This document shows positions 26,522 to 40,150 of a stretch of 64,000 bases of DNA, piece after piece. Where the stretch lies: positions 310,001 through 374,000 of the forward strand of contig NW_019028988.1 in NCBI RefSeq assembly GCF_002105155.1. Direction: 5' to 3'. A program made the position numbers and the translations under genes. The notes beneath the pieces were generated by a model. It was not told the origin of the DNA, made no database searches, and saw nothing but the letters and a program-made list of their open reading frames with translations. How positions within the stretch are numbered: the first letter of the stretch is position 1; each line of letters begins with the position of its first letter. Source of the stretch: Lobosporangium transversale (lineage: Eukaryota).

Positions 26522-29250
26522 TGTGAATGGGAGTTCAGCGTTTCAAGATCACATGTGTAGAATATCAACTTGATTCAAGTCGCGTACATTAAATATTTGT
26601 AATTGGGGCTTTCGCGCATAAAAATTCGTGAGCAGTCAGGGCATGATAGTCGGTCCGTTTCCACTGCTCTTTAATGTTTTGTTTCAGGTTATTGGTATTG
26701 TCTCCATGCGCTGGCTGTCATAACGAAATGTAAAATAGCTTATAAAGTGATATCTTGCGGATTCATTTCTAAGTACATGACATCTACTCTTCCCTATTGT
26801 CCTTTATGGATGAAATCGCAAGGTTCCGTCACAACGATTTCATCTATCTCTATCCACGCAATGCTTACAGAAAGCAGTTGTATGTCCTAAACAGGCAAAG
26901 TAATAATGACAATATAAATAAGTCCCATTGTATCATGCGTTACTCTTTCATAAAAGCGTTGCTTCTCTGTAGTCCTGGGGCCTCATTCTCTAACTCCTAG
27001 TTAGAGAATGTTCTCATCACAGCGCGTGCTGTTGTGTATGACCATTGTTCACTCGCTTTTAAACAATACATCTCATATTGAAAAAATACTGTTCGTACTA
27101 TGAGACAACTCTCTGCTCACAATGGTTTAGGTATTCGATATTATTATTAGATGTTGCGCGTGGTGTCCTTGAACGCCAAATCCGGGCGTATGGCATGCCA
27201 TTCCTTATCAAGCAAATTGACAGCTGATGAGATAAGCTAGGAAAATGTGTTTATATTCTTTACCATTTAATGTGTTTAAGGTCATATCAACATTCTTGAA
27301 ATGAGCATGAAGGATAAGTACTAAGCATGCGCTTAATCTGACTTTATTAATGTTCTTCTATTGTAAAATGGCAGAAACCTTACTTTGCCACAAAGAATAA
27401 TTACTGTTCTTTGTAAACAATGTTAGCCATATCCAAATTACCGAATTAGCCAAAACAGGATATTTAAAAGGATCCCGCTTCTACTCTATTTACTTTCTTT
27501 TCCTTGCTCGTCCAATAAGAGCTCGATATTCAAAGCAAAGCTTTCAGGTTCTCGCAAGCCAGAGACATCAACTCTGTTGTGGTAAAGATGGTCGTGAGAT
27601 AACCACTTTTGCTAATTGGCTGCATGCCGTCCTTCCAAGAACACAGCTGCTGTACTAAAGAAAAAGTTATTCTCTTCAGCATCAACTAGGTGATGGACAT
27701 CAGGTACATTTTTGAAGTGATCGCCAGCTTATTCAGATTGAATGCACCAGATCAAAAATATTGCAATTTCACTTCTGATTCGTACACATTTAAAAAATTT
27801 CGGCGCTTAAAAAAAAAATCACCGCCAAAACGTGTAGAAATGCATGCTAGAAATAATATCGATCATCAGCTCGAAGTGGGGCATACCCATCTTAATGGGA
27901 TTAGTGTTACATAATTGTATTAAATTCTACCTTTCTATCTCTTAGTAAACTTAGTAAAGCACCGAGAGTTATCAATAAGGAACCAATTATACCTTACGAA
28001 TACTCTGTCAGCATTCTTTTTTTGGCTTGTCCTGTGTGGTCTCCTAGGATCTCCTTTACTTTCTTCCCGCGGAGGATGATTTTCAGTTTAGTCATCAAGT
28101 GGCACCTTCTACACATTGATAGTAGTACATATGCTCATTTGGGCTCGCACTATTGGAACCATCATTGATTGTGCCCTTCTATGGCCCCAAGATCTCTGTT
28201 AATACTGCGTTTATGTGGAGTATTCTTTCAGCATTCAAAATTAAACACGGCGCGACATACATATTCATTTCAAAGGGCAAGATGTCAGTGTCGGGACTCA
28301 AATCAATAGCATTAATAGAATCCAAGTGAGCGAGCTTTTCACAATAATCTCGGCCTATTCTTTAGTTTCCTTAAAAGTAAGTAAAAAAAATAAAAAAATA
28401 AATTTCAGATACTCCTTACAGTCGAGAGCGACCGGATTTAATGGGTTGCTGTGAGGTGGGGCCGTCCGGGTCCCCAAATCTTTTTTTTTTTTTTTTTTTT
28501 TTTTGTTTATTTTGAGCCTTACAACTCCATCTCACCATCTCTCACACTGTTAGCACTGTTGCAAATATAATGAATATAATGAAATAAAACCGATCGACAT
28601 CCAGCCTCTGGATGCAATGTAAAGTTTTGTAATCACCACAGTCATCCTTCACCCATTGTGGCGCGCTTGTGCGAGCTGTAAAAAAAAAAAAAAAAAAAAG
28701 TCCGCGGTGTAATTTAATGATGCATCTGTTTGGAGACATGGATAGCGAGCTATAGTAAGCAGTTCAAACAGAAGATGATTCGCTATGCTTGTTAGTAAGA
28801 GGCTCGGAGGTGGTCTACAAATAATATTTGAAAAGAGAGGCGGGGTATCGGGTAATAAAAGAAATGAATTATGAAGCTGAATATGTAGTTTATTGAAGAC
28901 AGCGGCATCTGGGGCAGAATAGGGTGAAGGTGATGATCAAGATGGTGATAATATTGATGATGACAAGGTTACTAATGAAATGAATGCAATGGATAAATCC
29001 TACAAAGGGAGATGTGATACAAACTGTCCAAGCTGAAAGGTAACCCCTGCCTTTCTTTTTGACCCACTCAACTTGTACTGTGGTCTATTACGCGCGGATG
29101 GGTCGAACAGAAAAAAAAAAAAAAAAGGGCTTGTTATATTGAGTTGTGTCGAGACCCCGCTCTCAATCCAAACAACGAAAAGCAAAGTATATCCTTCAAA
29201 TCCTACATACACATTACAGTATGGTTTACTTGGGGCTTTGAATGGTATTC

Positions 29251-29283
<33 letters not shown>

Positions 29284-31046
29284 CTTGAGCTCCTACCTTT
29301 TGTGTCGTTGAAGAACATCTCCATCCTGATGCTTCAGGGTTGCAGATTCGTAGAGGAATAAACATAAAATTATGTGGATAAATGTGGAGCCCTTCTTTTA
29401 GATGCTTATTCAATAACTAATTTTTATTTATTATCCGGTATAAAAAAAACCTCTTAGTCACTTCTACCCTAACTAGTCTAATCCATCAAAAAACAAAACA
29501 AACAAAAACAAGCTCAGCTGGCCCAATGGGCCTCCAGAGTGGGAAGAAAACATCCACGGCGTGATGGCGCATGCTGGATGTTGAATATGATTTACATCAA
29601 CGCAAAAAAAAAAAAAACTTGGAGCGACTACATTCGTTCATGTATTGATCACATTTCAGTCCAGCTATAGACGTAACGTTGTTGCCTTTGCTGTCTTGCC
29701 ATCTGGAGTGGTACCCCCCCTATTCTGTCTGTTCATTTTTTTTTAGAAGGAACAGAGAACAGAACAAAAAGGGCTTATGACCAAGCAAAACATTGAAAAC
29801 TCAATGGCAAAATACGTTGTTGTACGCCAATATCGTACAAACAATTTTCTTTTTATAATATCTGAGCAAGTGCAACAAGGTCGCCAGAAGAGCAAAGAGG
29901 AGAAGAAAGAAGAAGGAGAGAAGGTGGAGTACCATTGGGAGCTGGCCACCCACATCACATCACATCACACCGCTCCATCCAGTCTAATTTTTTCTTTTTT
30001 TCCTTCTTTCTTTTTTTTTTTTCCCCCCTTCCTTCCTTCTTTCATTTTGTTATTTTATTTTATTTTCCCTTTGCTTCACCTCACCATCACTTCTCCATTC
30101 TCCATTCATTCTTTCCCTTTTTACTTCCTTTTTTACTACTCATCCACTTCACCTTCAGTCTCTCACACAAAAACTTGTCGTCTAAACCATATCGCTCTCA
30201 TATCTTGTTTTGCCACGGACCACCTTTGCTTCTCCTATAACTGCACACATCCTCAACAATAGCAGTTCCCCTATTCTCTTCCGTATCTTCTTGATTATCA
30301 GCGCTGTCGTTATCATCTTTAAATAAGCAAGCCCCAATAACAAGTGTCATTCAGGTATCCATCAAACTCTCTGCATAATTTGCAGCCTTTTCTTTTCTTG
30401 CTATTATTATTATTTTTTTATTGCCATATGTTCTTCCCCCCTTATTTTTAAAAAAAGCGGCGAGTAGAACCTCGAGCCTCTTGCATTTTGACTACAGTCA
30501 ATCAAGCGTTCTAAACATTCATTCTCTTCAGGGTTCAATGATTATCAATCCATTCACTTGTGTATGTGAATTATCTTGGCTGAATATATGGCGCATTCGC
30601 TTGGATGGCGACTAGTCACTGCCACATTTTGCCTGGCCATTGGGCACCGTCTTTCCTCATATCGGGGCTTTTGGGTATTTGTTTTTTATGTTGGCTTAGT
30701 TTATCCTCCCCATCCTCTGTCCATGCACCTCGCCACACACACCTTTTTATACATATTGTTTGTCTTCTTTTATACTCTACTCTACAACCCAAAATATGCC
30801 TTCTAGACCACAGCTCCCCTTCAATCCTCTTGGGCATCAAGTCTGCCTGACACACGTACACAAATTTTTTTTTTTTTTTACTTTTATTTTTCTATGGGGT
30901 GCGAGTCGGGTCTGGGCTCCCCTATTACACAACCTGGGAGCAAGCATTTGGCCAATGTCATTTCTGTGCGCGTGTGTGCTCTGTTGGTTATGGTACTTCT
31001 GGAGACAGAGCGGGAGTTGGTCCACCTAACCCCTCGGCGCCATCGA

Positions 31047-31077
<31 letters not shown>

Positions 31078-31391
31078 CAGCACAGTCATTCAATCACTAG
31101 AACCAGTCTGGCTATTTCTGATGGCTTTCCTTGTTTGGTGACACCACAACAACCACATCTATGATCAAATATTTTTTTTATACCTTTGTGTAGCTCATAT
31201 TGGCACATCATCTCATATACCCAGCTGGGTTTGAAGACATTTACTTATTCGGATTTCCGGTCTCCCAATTCCAGATTTTTTTTTTTTAAGAAAAAGAGGT
31301 GCTCACTGCACCCCACCTTCCCGAAGCACAGCCGATTAATTATTTATCTTATCTGTTTCCAGTTTCATTTACTCTCACACACAGTTAGACC

Positions 31392-31595
31392 ATGAAAGAG
31401 ATGCGCAGCGAAATGCGCGGAGAACCACGTGGCGAGATACGCGGTGAGATCCGCGAAGTCCGCGATATTAACAACAATACAGCACAAGAGATCAGCTCCG
31501 TTTCAGAGCTGCAGACAATGCTCGCTCGGTTTTGGGACGCACATTCTCGCCAATTCAGAGGTGAGTTTTCAACAATAAGGGATTAATGATGTTTA

Positions 31596-31638
<43 letters not shown>

Positions 31639-33854
31639 AAACCATAAATATCTCATCAAGCTTGTGCGCTCTATTTTCTTCTTCATCCTTACAAATCAGA
31701 AATCGAGAGCTCGTTAACCGGACAACTTTCTACCCTCATTCAAAAGAATGGGTTCCTTTGCCAAAAAATTGAGAACCTACAGCGTATCAATACAGATCTC
31801 GAATACAAATTTTCGATTACTGCTTCAGAATTGGAAAGGGCACGTAGGGAATACTCTGACTTGCAGGCCAAGTATGAGCTCCGTAGTGCAAACTATAAGG
31901 ATCTCAAGGATGTCTGTTATCAGCTCGATGCTCAGCTCACCAAGAAAAATGGCACCAACCCCGAAGATTCCATCATGTCTCGCATGGATCTAGCCTCTGC
32001 CGACCGTAAGAAGCGTAGACTCTCTGTGGATTTAACAGAAGGTGATTCCGATACAGGATTCTCACCTTATGAAGAAGCAGAGGCAGCTCCTAGTGCATTG
32101 GTTGCACCTAGTATTCGTTCCATTGTCCCAATAGCAATTCCTCGGCAACCATCACCACCATCTAATGGAACCACGCAAAGCACATGGACCTGTCTGTGGA
32201 AGAATTGTAACCAAGTATTCAATGCACTTGACTGGCTTGTAAGCCACGTGGAAGAGCACCATATTGGCTTGGGCAAGGTAATTGAACAATTTTTTTTTTA
32301 TTGTTTGTTTGATGGTTTACAGCTCGAATCAATGTATTAATGACGTCGAAATTTCTTTTTTAATAGTCCCAATATACTTGCGAGTGGGAAAATTGCGTCG
32401 TGAAGCAAAAGCCCTTTCACAAGCATCATCAAGTCATTCGCCATATGCGCACCCATACTGGTGAAAAGCCTTTCGTGTGCAATGTTGATGGCTGTGGAAA
32501 GAAGTTTGCACGATCGGACTCGCTTTTGGAGCATTCTCGTAAGCACAATGGTACACCTGCGGATTACTACCGTATGATGGAGATAAGCTCTCAACGTGAA
32601 CAGGACGCCAAACAGCACCTCAATGGGCTCATCTTGCAGATGGATACGATCCAGGAGCACCCATCACGTCCCGGCTATGGTCCTGAAGGGAATTCAGTTC
32701 CAGACGCAGCTGAAGCCGGAATGGGTGCAAATCAAATGCCTGGTGGACCTAGCACTAATAGCCGTTCGACAACCCCGACACATGATCAAAGACAAACGGA
32801 GCAGTTGCACCAGCAACAGCAACAAAAACAACAACATCCTAGCTCATCCGGACTCCAGTCAGAAGCAGTCGAAATGGAAACTGCAGAGGAGCGCTCCAGT
32901 AGAGAAGTGAACGATCGTGCTTCACGCGAAGGCATGCCATATGGATCTGGAATGTCTTCGCAGCATGGATCTTACCATACCAACCAGTCTCAGCACCAGA
33001 CTCAGCATCGCCAATTGTCTTCTCACTCACAGTATTCCCAAAGCTTACTTCGTGACCAGTCAGAGATGAGACCATTGAACAGGGGGCGAGGACATGCACA
33101 TACATCGTCGTTGGGTCTGTCGAGAATGGATATCCAAGACTTGGCACGGCCAAGAGAGTTCGGTCATTCTCATTCGCGATCCATGGATTATGGAAGACTA
33201 GACTCGAGACAACCCTTTCATACTAATGAGCATGCGCATTCTCAGATGTCCTCATCAGATTACTCCAAGTTGGATATGGGCGCCTATCAACGCAAGGACC
33301 GCGGACACTCCCATACTCCTTCTCTGGAAATGCCTCTGATCCCTGGCCAGCCAATGCATCGTTTGGATGAACGACGATCAATTCATACACCTCATGGATA
33401 TGTGCCTCCAGAGGAACAGCAGTTGCGTCATCAGCACCAGTTGCAGAAACAACAACAACACCAGCAGCACCAGCATAGTACGCCAACATCGCAATTCCAT
33501 GGTTCACAGCCACAAAAGGGCGCTTTTTCACATCTTGTCCATCAACGGCACCCACAGGACCAAGAACGAGCTTACCATGACCAACATAGCCAGCAGCAAC
33601 CACAGACATCAAAGCAGCAAGCTCAACAGCCTCCACAGCCTTCACAGCCTCAACAGCCCAACGAGATAGGTGGGGAGACTGCACCGCAGGAGCAGACAGA
33701 CTCACCCATCTCAAGCCCTACACCAAGAACACCACAATCGAACGTGCAGGAGGAATCAATGGCGAATGGTCTTGCCGGCCCAGCTGATATTTGTGCTCGT
33801 AACTCGGCTGGTCCAATGGAGGAAGATAGCAAAAATGCTGTTGCTGTCGTTTGA
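31392..33854 (+). CDS. C2H2 zinc-finger transcription factor (GLI/Zic-like tandem CWCH2 fingers), 3 exons
   Basis: [53 protein letters not shown]-terminal coiled coil and Q/H-rich tail. Introns about 31561-31699 and 32278-32366. Confidence 0.88.
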
Positions 33855-34247
33855 TTTCCGTTCTAAACGGTGTACAAGCTTACAAAAAAAAAAAAAACTC
33901 CCGATATTTTTTTTTTTTTTTTTTTTTCCGGTTGTTCCTTCCTGGTTTCTTTGCACTTCTGAAATTCATTGTAATTGCTACTCTTATTTTCTTTTACCTA
34001 TACCTTGCACATGTTATTTTCCTTCATTATTCATTTTTATTCAATTTGTGACATAAAATACCATCTGTCTTTTTGTTCTCTATTCTCATCCAATGTTTGT
34101 CATGTTTTTGCTGTGTCATGTACATGTATTGTTCCTGATTGTTTTTCATTTCCTTTCTTTTTCTCACTTTTTTATTACATTGAATAAAATTTGGAATGTT
34201 GTTTTATTTGGAATGGATCCAAAGAATGAGCTTTTTCCAATATCTTC

Positions 34248-34566
34248 TCAATGGCTGAGGTACTTGCGACCTTTCTGGAGTCTGTTCAAAATGATCTTAC
34301 GACCTCCTCTTGACTTCATTCTAGCTAAAAAACCATGGCGACGCTTGCGAACGCGTTGTGAGGGCTGGTATTCACGACCGTAGGTTACAAACCGAATTTG
34401 GCTTGAGCTATATCCAGCCGAATATATATATATATAAAAAGAGTCCCATACACCCAAAGCAGTTGAATTAGTAATGCACCTCAAAAATTAAAACCGAAAG
34501 AGCACCGAGTAACAGTATGTAGCTCTTTCCATTCATTACTCATAAGTCCAGTGATTTTCGCTGATG

Positions 34567-34600
<34 letters not shown>

Positions 34601-35398
34601 CATTTCTTCTTTTTACACCAGTGGACTTGACTGGTGCGATGCACTGTTGATTTCAAGTAGCGGCATGATGTACCCTGATACAAAATTGTCCTGGTGCGCC
34701 CTTGGTACACCATACCAGAAACCAATGACGGTGAGAAATTTCTAAATGGTGGTTCCCTCTTATCTTCTTCGAAACCTGAAGAACAAAGATCTTAGGTTGC
34801 TCAAATCATTCCGTATGTTCCTGAATCCCGAGGAGCATTAAACATCCGCGCATTTTAAGTCCATCTCCTTCGATATTCTAGTAGGATCCCATCCTTTGTC
34901 TCGAAAAGTCCGTATTGTTTTTCCCTACATCTTTCTTCCTTTACATAAAGTATCAGAATACAAATAAATAAATAGATAAAGACGCTTACCCAAAAACTGA
35001 AGGAAGACGGAATCCGCTCAATAAAGAATAAATGGAGTTAGTGGTAGAGCTGGGAGTAATGGTAGAAAGATTCGTTGCTGATGAGGGTGCTGAACTGAAG
35101 ATTGTAAAGTGTGTCCTATTAAAAAAGAGTCTCCGTTAGTTCTTACTCTCTTTCATTCTTTCTTTTGTCCTTCCCTTCGTTCTTGCTTTACAGTCCTTAG
35201 TATGCTCAAAAATATCTAAGCATGTAAATTTTGTTTATTCAACCAACGTTGTTGATACTCCAATATGCAGCCTGAATTAAAAAATCGGGACTTGATGATC
35301 CCATTTGGTTGGTCAGTTTCTTTCTAGAGGATGTTAGCCTGGCTTTACCTGGCGACTGGTGCCAGCTTTGTACGAAGCGATGAGAAAGCCGTAAACAT
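34248..35398 (-). CDS. MRPL34: Mitochondrial ribosomal protein bL34m
   Basis: Last exon [48 protein letters not shown] at 35398 begins a Ser/Thr/Arg-rich, acid-free presequence spliced over 3-4 exons. Confidence 0.9.
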
Positions 35399-35697
35399 TA
35401 TGAATAAATGTGCGTGTTTGTAATGCAGAATGCACAAAGGGATGATTGTGTGAGGATGGGCTTGATCTATTTGGAAACAAACAAAAAGAGAAAAACCACG
35501 GTCACACTGCACGGATCGGCTGAGCTGATGAATATGAGCTCGGAAATCCTCACTTCTTTAAAATGGTGACAAGAACCAGTGTCCTTACTTTCGTTCTTCT
35601 TGTACTCTTTCATCTGCATCTTTGCACTACCGCCTCTTTTAAACACTTTTTTTTATCCGCTCTCTATCTCCTCTAATATAGAAATACAGGAACACAA

Positions 35698-36234
35698 ATG
35701 TCTGACCATTTTTTACACTCTGAGTATATGTGGCATCATCTGGCTCCTATACTCCTCCGACCTTCTGTGGTCATTAACCTAGTTCTCTCGGCTTATCACC
35801 TCATGATCGGTTTATTGCTTGGGACAGTCAAATATCATCAAATTCATACCTCAGAGACGTTTACTGCCCACCCTTACGTCTCTACTGCTCATCGTGCTTC
35901 TCTGATGTACGGGTTTGCCTCGTTTCAGCTTGCAGGAATAGCTTTACTTTCTGCCTGGTCTGAAAAGACCAATGTTCTGGCTACTGCTGTAACACAGATT
36001 TTTTTTGTCTTACCTGTTATCGCGTATGCCATCCATGGCTTCCTCAAGGACACGACTAACCAGCTCAAGGTGCCTCACAAATTGGGTAATAAGGGTGTCA
36101 TCTTACCCCCTTTTTTGATCAAGCTCTTTATGTGGTCTCTGATCGGAGCCGAAATTGGTGGCTGTGGTATCTTGTGTGCAGGAATGATTAAGACCATTGC
36201 AACGCTCCCCGCAATCACAGCTATGGCTGTATAA
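35698..36234 (+). CDS. Single-exon integral membrane protein with about 4 TM helices, resembling a bacterial hypothetical family
   Basis: 178-aa intact ORF, motifs G..KY.Q, AHPYVSTAHRASLMYGFA, HG.LKDTTNQL and AEIGG. Confidence 0.8.
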   Translation: MSDHFLHSEYMWHHLAPILLRPSVVINLVLSAYHLMIGLLLGTVKYHQIHTSETFTAHPYVSTAHRASLMYGFASFQLAGIALLSAWSEKTNVLATAVTQIFFVLPVIAYAIHGFLKDTTNQLKVPHKLGNKGVILPPFLIKLFMWSLIGAEIGGCGILCAGMIKTIATLPAITAMAV

Positions 36235-36930
36235 GATACTTTAATAAAAATATTTGCTTTGAAACAAAATGAAAAAGTCCAAGTGGCAAAAGTTCTTGAG
36301 CGGAGAAAGATCTCCAGATCCTTTTTCGGTTAGACTCGCCAATTATCAGTATGTCTTACCAAATTTATACTAGCAAAATTACGCCAATAACTTCTCGATT
36401 GGGTAGTATAAGACCCCAGTGAATGACTACCACAACCTCATCACGAGCATGCATAGAAGGCCCCAGGAAAAGCTTGATGCTGGAATGACAAAATCATGCA
36501 AATGACCTGTTAAAGGAAAAAGTATCATTTATGATAATGATGCAGAAAAGATCAGAGGTTTTATTGGCATCAAGCATGAACAATATCTATATAAATGGTT
36601 CGTAAGGAACGAAGTCATTAGCAGAATTTTACTTGTCAGTGAATTTGTCATTTTCTACAAATATTAAATAAGGGACGTAAAAGCGACCAGATCATGCGAA
36701 ACTAATACTCTTATAATATCAGAGTCCCTTGTAAGTAATAAAATCATGGCTTTATGGCTAAGAGCTACAAGGTGAATGTGTTGTTCAAAAAAAAACTCTT
36801 CCTTTCATTATGACTTTTCACCTGGTGAAAGTCAACTTTAAAGAGCTTGAAGGGCATAGGACGGCAAGTAAAAAATAATTGGATAGCAAAAACCAAAGAG
36901 GCACATGCTTTTTTTTTTTTTTAAAGCTTT

Positions 36931-38325
36931 TTAACAGCATCCTCCACCAGATTGTGCTGGCAACTGTTGTCCTGACCCAACTTTGATGTTCTTGTTGGTT
37001 GCAGGCGCAACAGTGGTAGTACCCATGCGATCCTTGATTTGCTTAGCCATCGTCATGAAAGCTTGTTCAACATTAGTGGCGCTCTTGGCGGATGTTTCAA
37101 GGAATGAGATTGAGAGCTGATCCGCAAATTCCTACACATTCAAAAAGGAAAGAGAATAAAAAAAAAATAAAAAAAATAAAAAAACATTACAAACGGAAAA
37201 AGGTTGCAGTGTGTATTTTTCTTTTTTTTTTCTATCTTGACGATAACATCAGCCACAGCTTGTGCAGTTTGGTCAGAAAGGTCACATTTTCCATGATAGG
37301 ATTACCTTGGCCGTAGTGTACTCTACTGCCTTCTTATCAGTCAGATCACTCTTGTTACCGACCAGCAGTTTATTAACGCCTTCAGAGGCATACCGGTCGA
37401 TTTCGGCGAGCCATTGCTTCACGTTTGCAAACGTGTCCTGATCTGTGACATCATAGACGACAATAATGCCATGTGCTCCACGGTAATAAGACGAAGTGAT
37501 TGTGCGGAAACGCTCCTGGCCAGCACTTTGTTGTTACATTCATCCAAATACGAAGATGCCAACGAAAAATTAGTTCGTACAAAGTAAAAGACCTGATGAA
37601 CGTGATCGAAGTTTAAAAAAAGATATTTCTTACGTGTCCCACTACATTTTTTTTTTTTTAAAAAAAAAAAGCATATGCGAGTCAGTGAAATGCAAAATGA
37701 TCATTTGACAGCAGATGTACAGGTGCAATAGATGGCTTCGTGGAGAATGATAAAAAGACATACAATTTGCAACTTCACAGTCTTGCCTTCGATTTCTATT
37801 GTGCGGATTTTCTATTACATAGAAAAGAGCAAGTATGAGCATTGAAAGAATCTTATAGTTTTTTTTTTCTTAAACCTCGTGGTAATGCTCGTAGAAAAAA
37901 GCTGTTGGGAGCCTCATTGAACATTCAAAGCTGTTCGCCGCAGAGCCTCTTATTGAGCGTTTCCTAGGGATTAACTAATGCCCATCCAAGAGTATCAATT
38001 TATCGGCAAAAGATATTTATTTTCTCTTTTTGCAGCCTTACAAAGTCAACGCCGATGGTGGAGATGTAACTCTCAGTATAAGTATCATCGGCAAAACGCA
38101 AGAGGAGACAACTCTTTCCAACACCACTATCGCCAATCAAAAGCAGTTTAAAGAGGTAATCGCTGATTGCAGTAAGAAGGAGTTATATAGTTATGGTTAA
38201 TTTTGACGTTTTTTTTAAAATAAATGAATTAAAAAAAAAAAAAAAAGCTTCTGACAATAGCACAGGGAAAGTTATTGTCAATAATCAACATGCGGCAAAA
38301 GCCTGACATACTATTCGGGGTTCAT
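36931..38325 (-). CDS. YPT1: Rab GTPase Ypt1/Rab1, 6 exons
   Basis: [83 protein letters not shown]...ETSAK...GGGCC*. Missed by the ORF track because the exons are short. Confidence 0.96.
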
Positions 38326-40150
38326 GGGGGCTGAATCAATTAGAATAAAATGGGCTTAATACAAGATTCAAGAAAGAATGGTCTTCGTGAAAAAGGTGAT
38401 AGAGGTCAACCAACTTATAACCTACCAAAATTACATCAACATTTGACTGAAATAGTTATATCCTAACTAAAATGGCTAATCTTGCTGTGCATGGTATATC
38501 CAGATCTCTGTTGTGGTTAAGAATGATTGGAGTACAATCTTTTCTTGACACCAATGCTTTTCATGACGCATTGAATGTGAAACTTGTAGTAAAGGGGCCG
38601 AGCGCCTCCTCAAGGGTAGGATAGGGGTTTATTAGTTCATGTAGATCAAAGTCTGGCAAGCATGGCAAAATGCATTATCTCCAATAGATCCATGAAGACT
38701 GCGAGACTTAGACAGGGAGGTAAATGAGAAAAGACGTGGATCTACAGACCAAAGCATGCTTACATGTCTGGCTATAACAGCATGGATAAGGATATAGATA
38801 TACATGTTGGACGCATGTATGAAAGGTGTGCGTGTGTTCGCATATAAGGACGTCATAACGGTATGGCATCCTATCAAGAGATCACATTGCTCTGGACATA
38901 CAGCTGTCAAAAGGACTGGAGCCTTTTTTTTTTCATTGTCATATCCGAGATCACTTGAGACACAAGGAGATGAAAGAAAGAAGGAATCTGCACCTCAGAC
39001 TCATTTCACCAGCCTTCACATGGACATTGACTCTACTAAAGTGTGTCCCAGATGAACAAGAGCTCAGATACATTCAACGTCTTCCGTACTATCGATCGCG
39101 CTCATGTTCAATGACTTCGTCCTCTTCGTCCGGAAGAAAGTACAGGTATCGAAAACAGTATACTTTAAAGGCAAGGAAGGTTTATCACTGGATGCTCAGA
39201 GTTAGTAATTAAATTTTTTTGGATGTTTATCAGAAAAGCGCGTCAATCTTATGGATAAAAAGGACCTGATGTACTGTACACAATGCAGTTCAACCTTTTC
39301 GCAGATACTCTCAGCATTGGGATAACAACAGCTTGCGAGCGCTGAGTGACACGTGTTTTGATGGGTTTCTTTTCGTTTTTGACGCAAAGCCATGAGGTTT
39401 TAGGATCCTGAAGCTGATAATGATTTCATGGGAAGCCCTAATGGATGAGTAAAATATGAAGCATCAACGCATAAGAGTTCAGTGTTGTTGCTGTAAGGAT
39501 GAGAGACAAGGAATCGTCCTCATGACAGAGCCACTGTCCATTATATTTACAAAAAAAACCACGCGATCTTCAATTGCAAGATAAACTTCACTTTAATTTC
39601 ACATTTTCCTATGGTTTGGTTGTTTTACACATATTTCACATTGATAATTCGAGTGCATCTACATCGCTACCACGAAGGACAACTCGGTCGTAAGTCCCGA
39701 TTGGTGTTTGCAATGCGTTGATACGCACACGCTGTTCGTGTGAATCCATGGCAACAAATGTTCCACACACAGGCTTGCTATGTTTATTCGGATAGAAAAG
39801 ATTAGGATGGTTAGATCAATGACGTACTGTGTCTTCACTGCATATGTCGTTTGATTTCACGACCATTACCTGTCTGGGATTATCACAGTGCAGGGGGATG
39901 CTCCTTTTGCAGCAGCCAACCAGAACAGCAATGCTCGTTTCCTGAGATTGATGGCAATCTCTTGGTCAGTGATGTCGTCCATGAGGAAGCAGGTCCTTAT
40001 TTTAGTTGTTTTTATAACAAATTTTACAAAAGGTCAATTGCTCAACTGACCTCGCGAGACTGCTTGGCGTCTGAGTTAAATGTCCAATCCCGCATTTCTT
40101 TATTGCTTCTTTATCCACACACGCTCCATTTTGCAAAACATACTTTAGCC

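Noticed and set aside
27224..27258. Hammerhead-like CTGATGA...GAAA...TTC
   Set aside because: Stem II cannot pair (no G-C closing pair) and stem I is absent.
30355..30362. GTATCC donor suggesting a U12 intron
   Set aside because: Continues AT rather than TT, and no U12 branch consensus was seen.
29000..31141. Many short ORFs with poly-Phe or poly-Lys
   Set aside because: Artefacts of A/T homopolymers and low-complexity UTR sequence.
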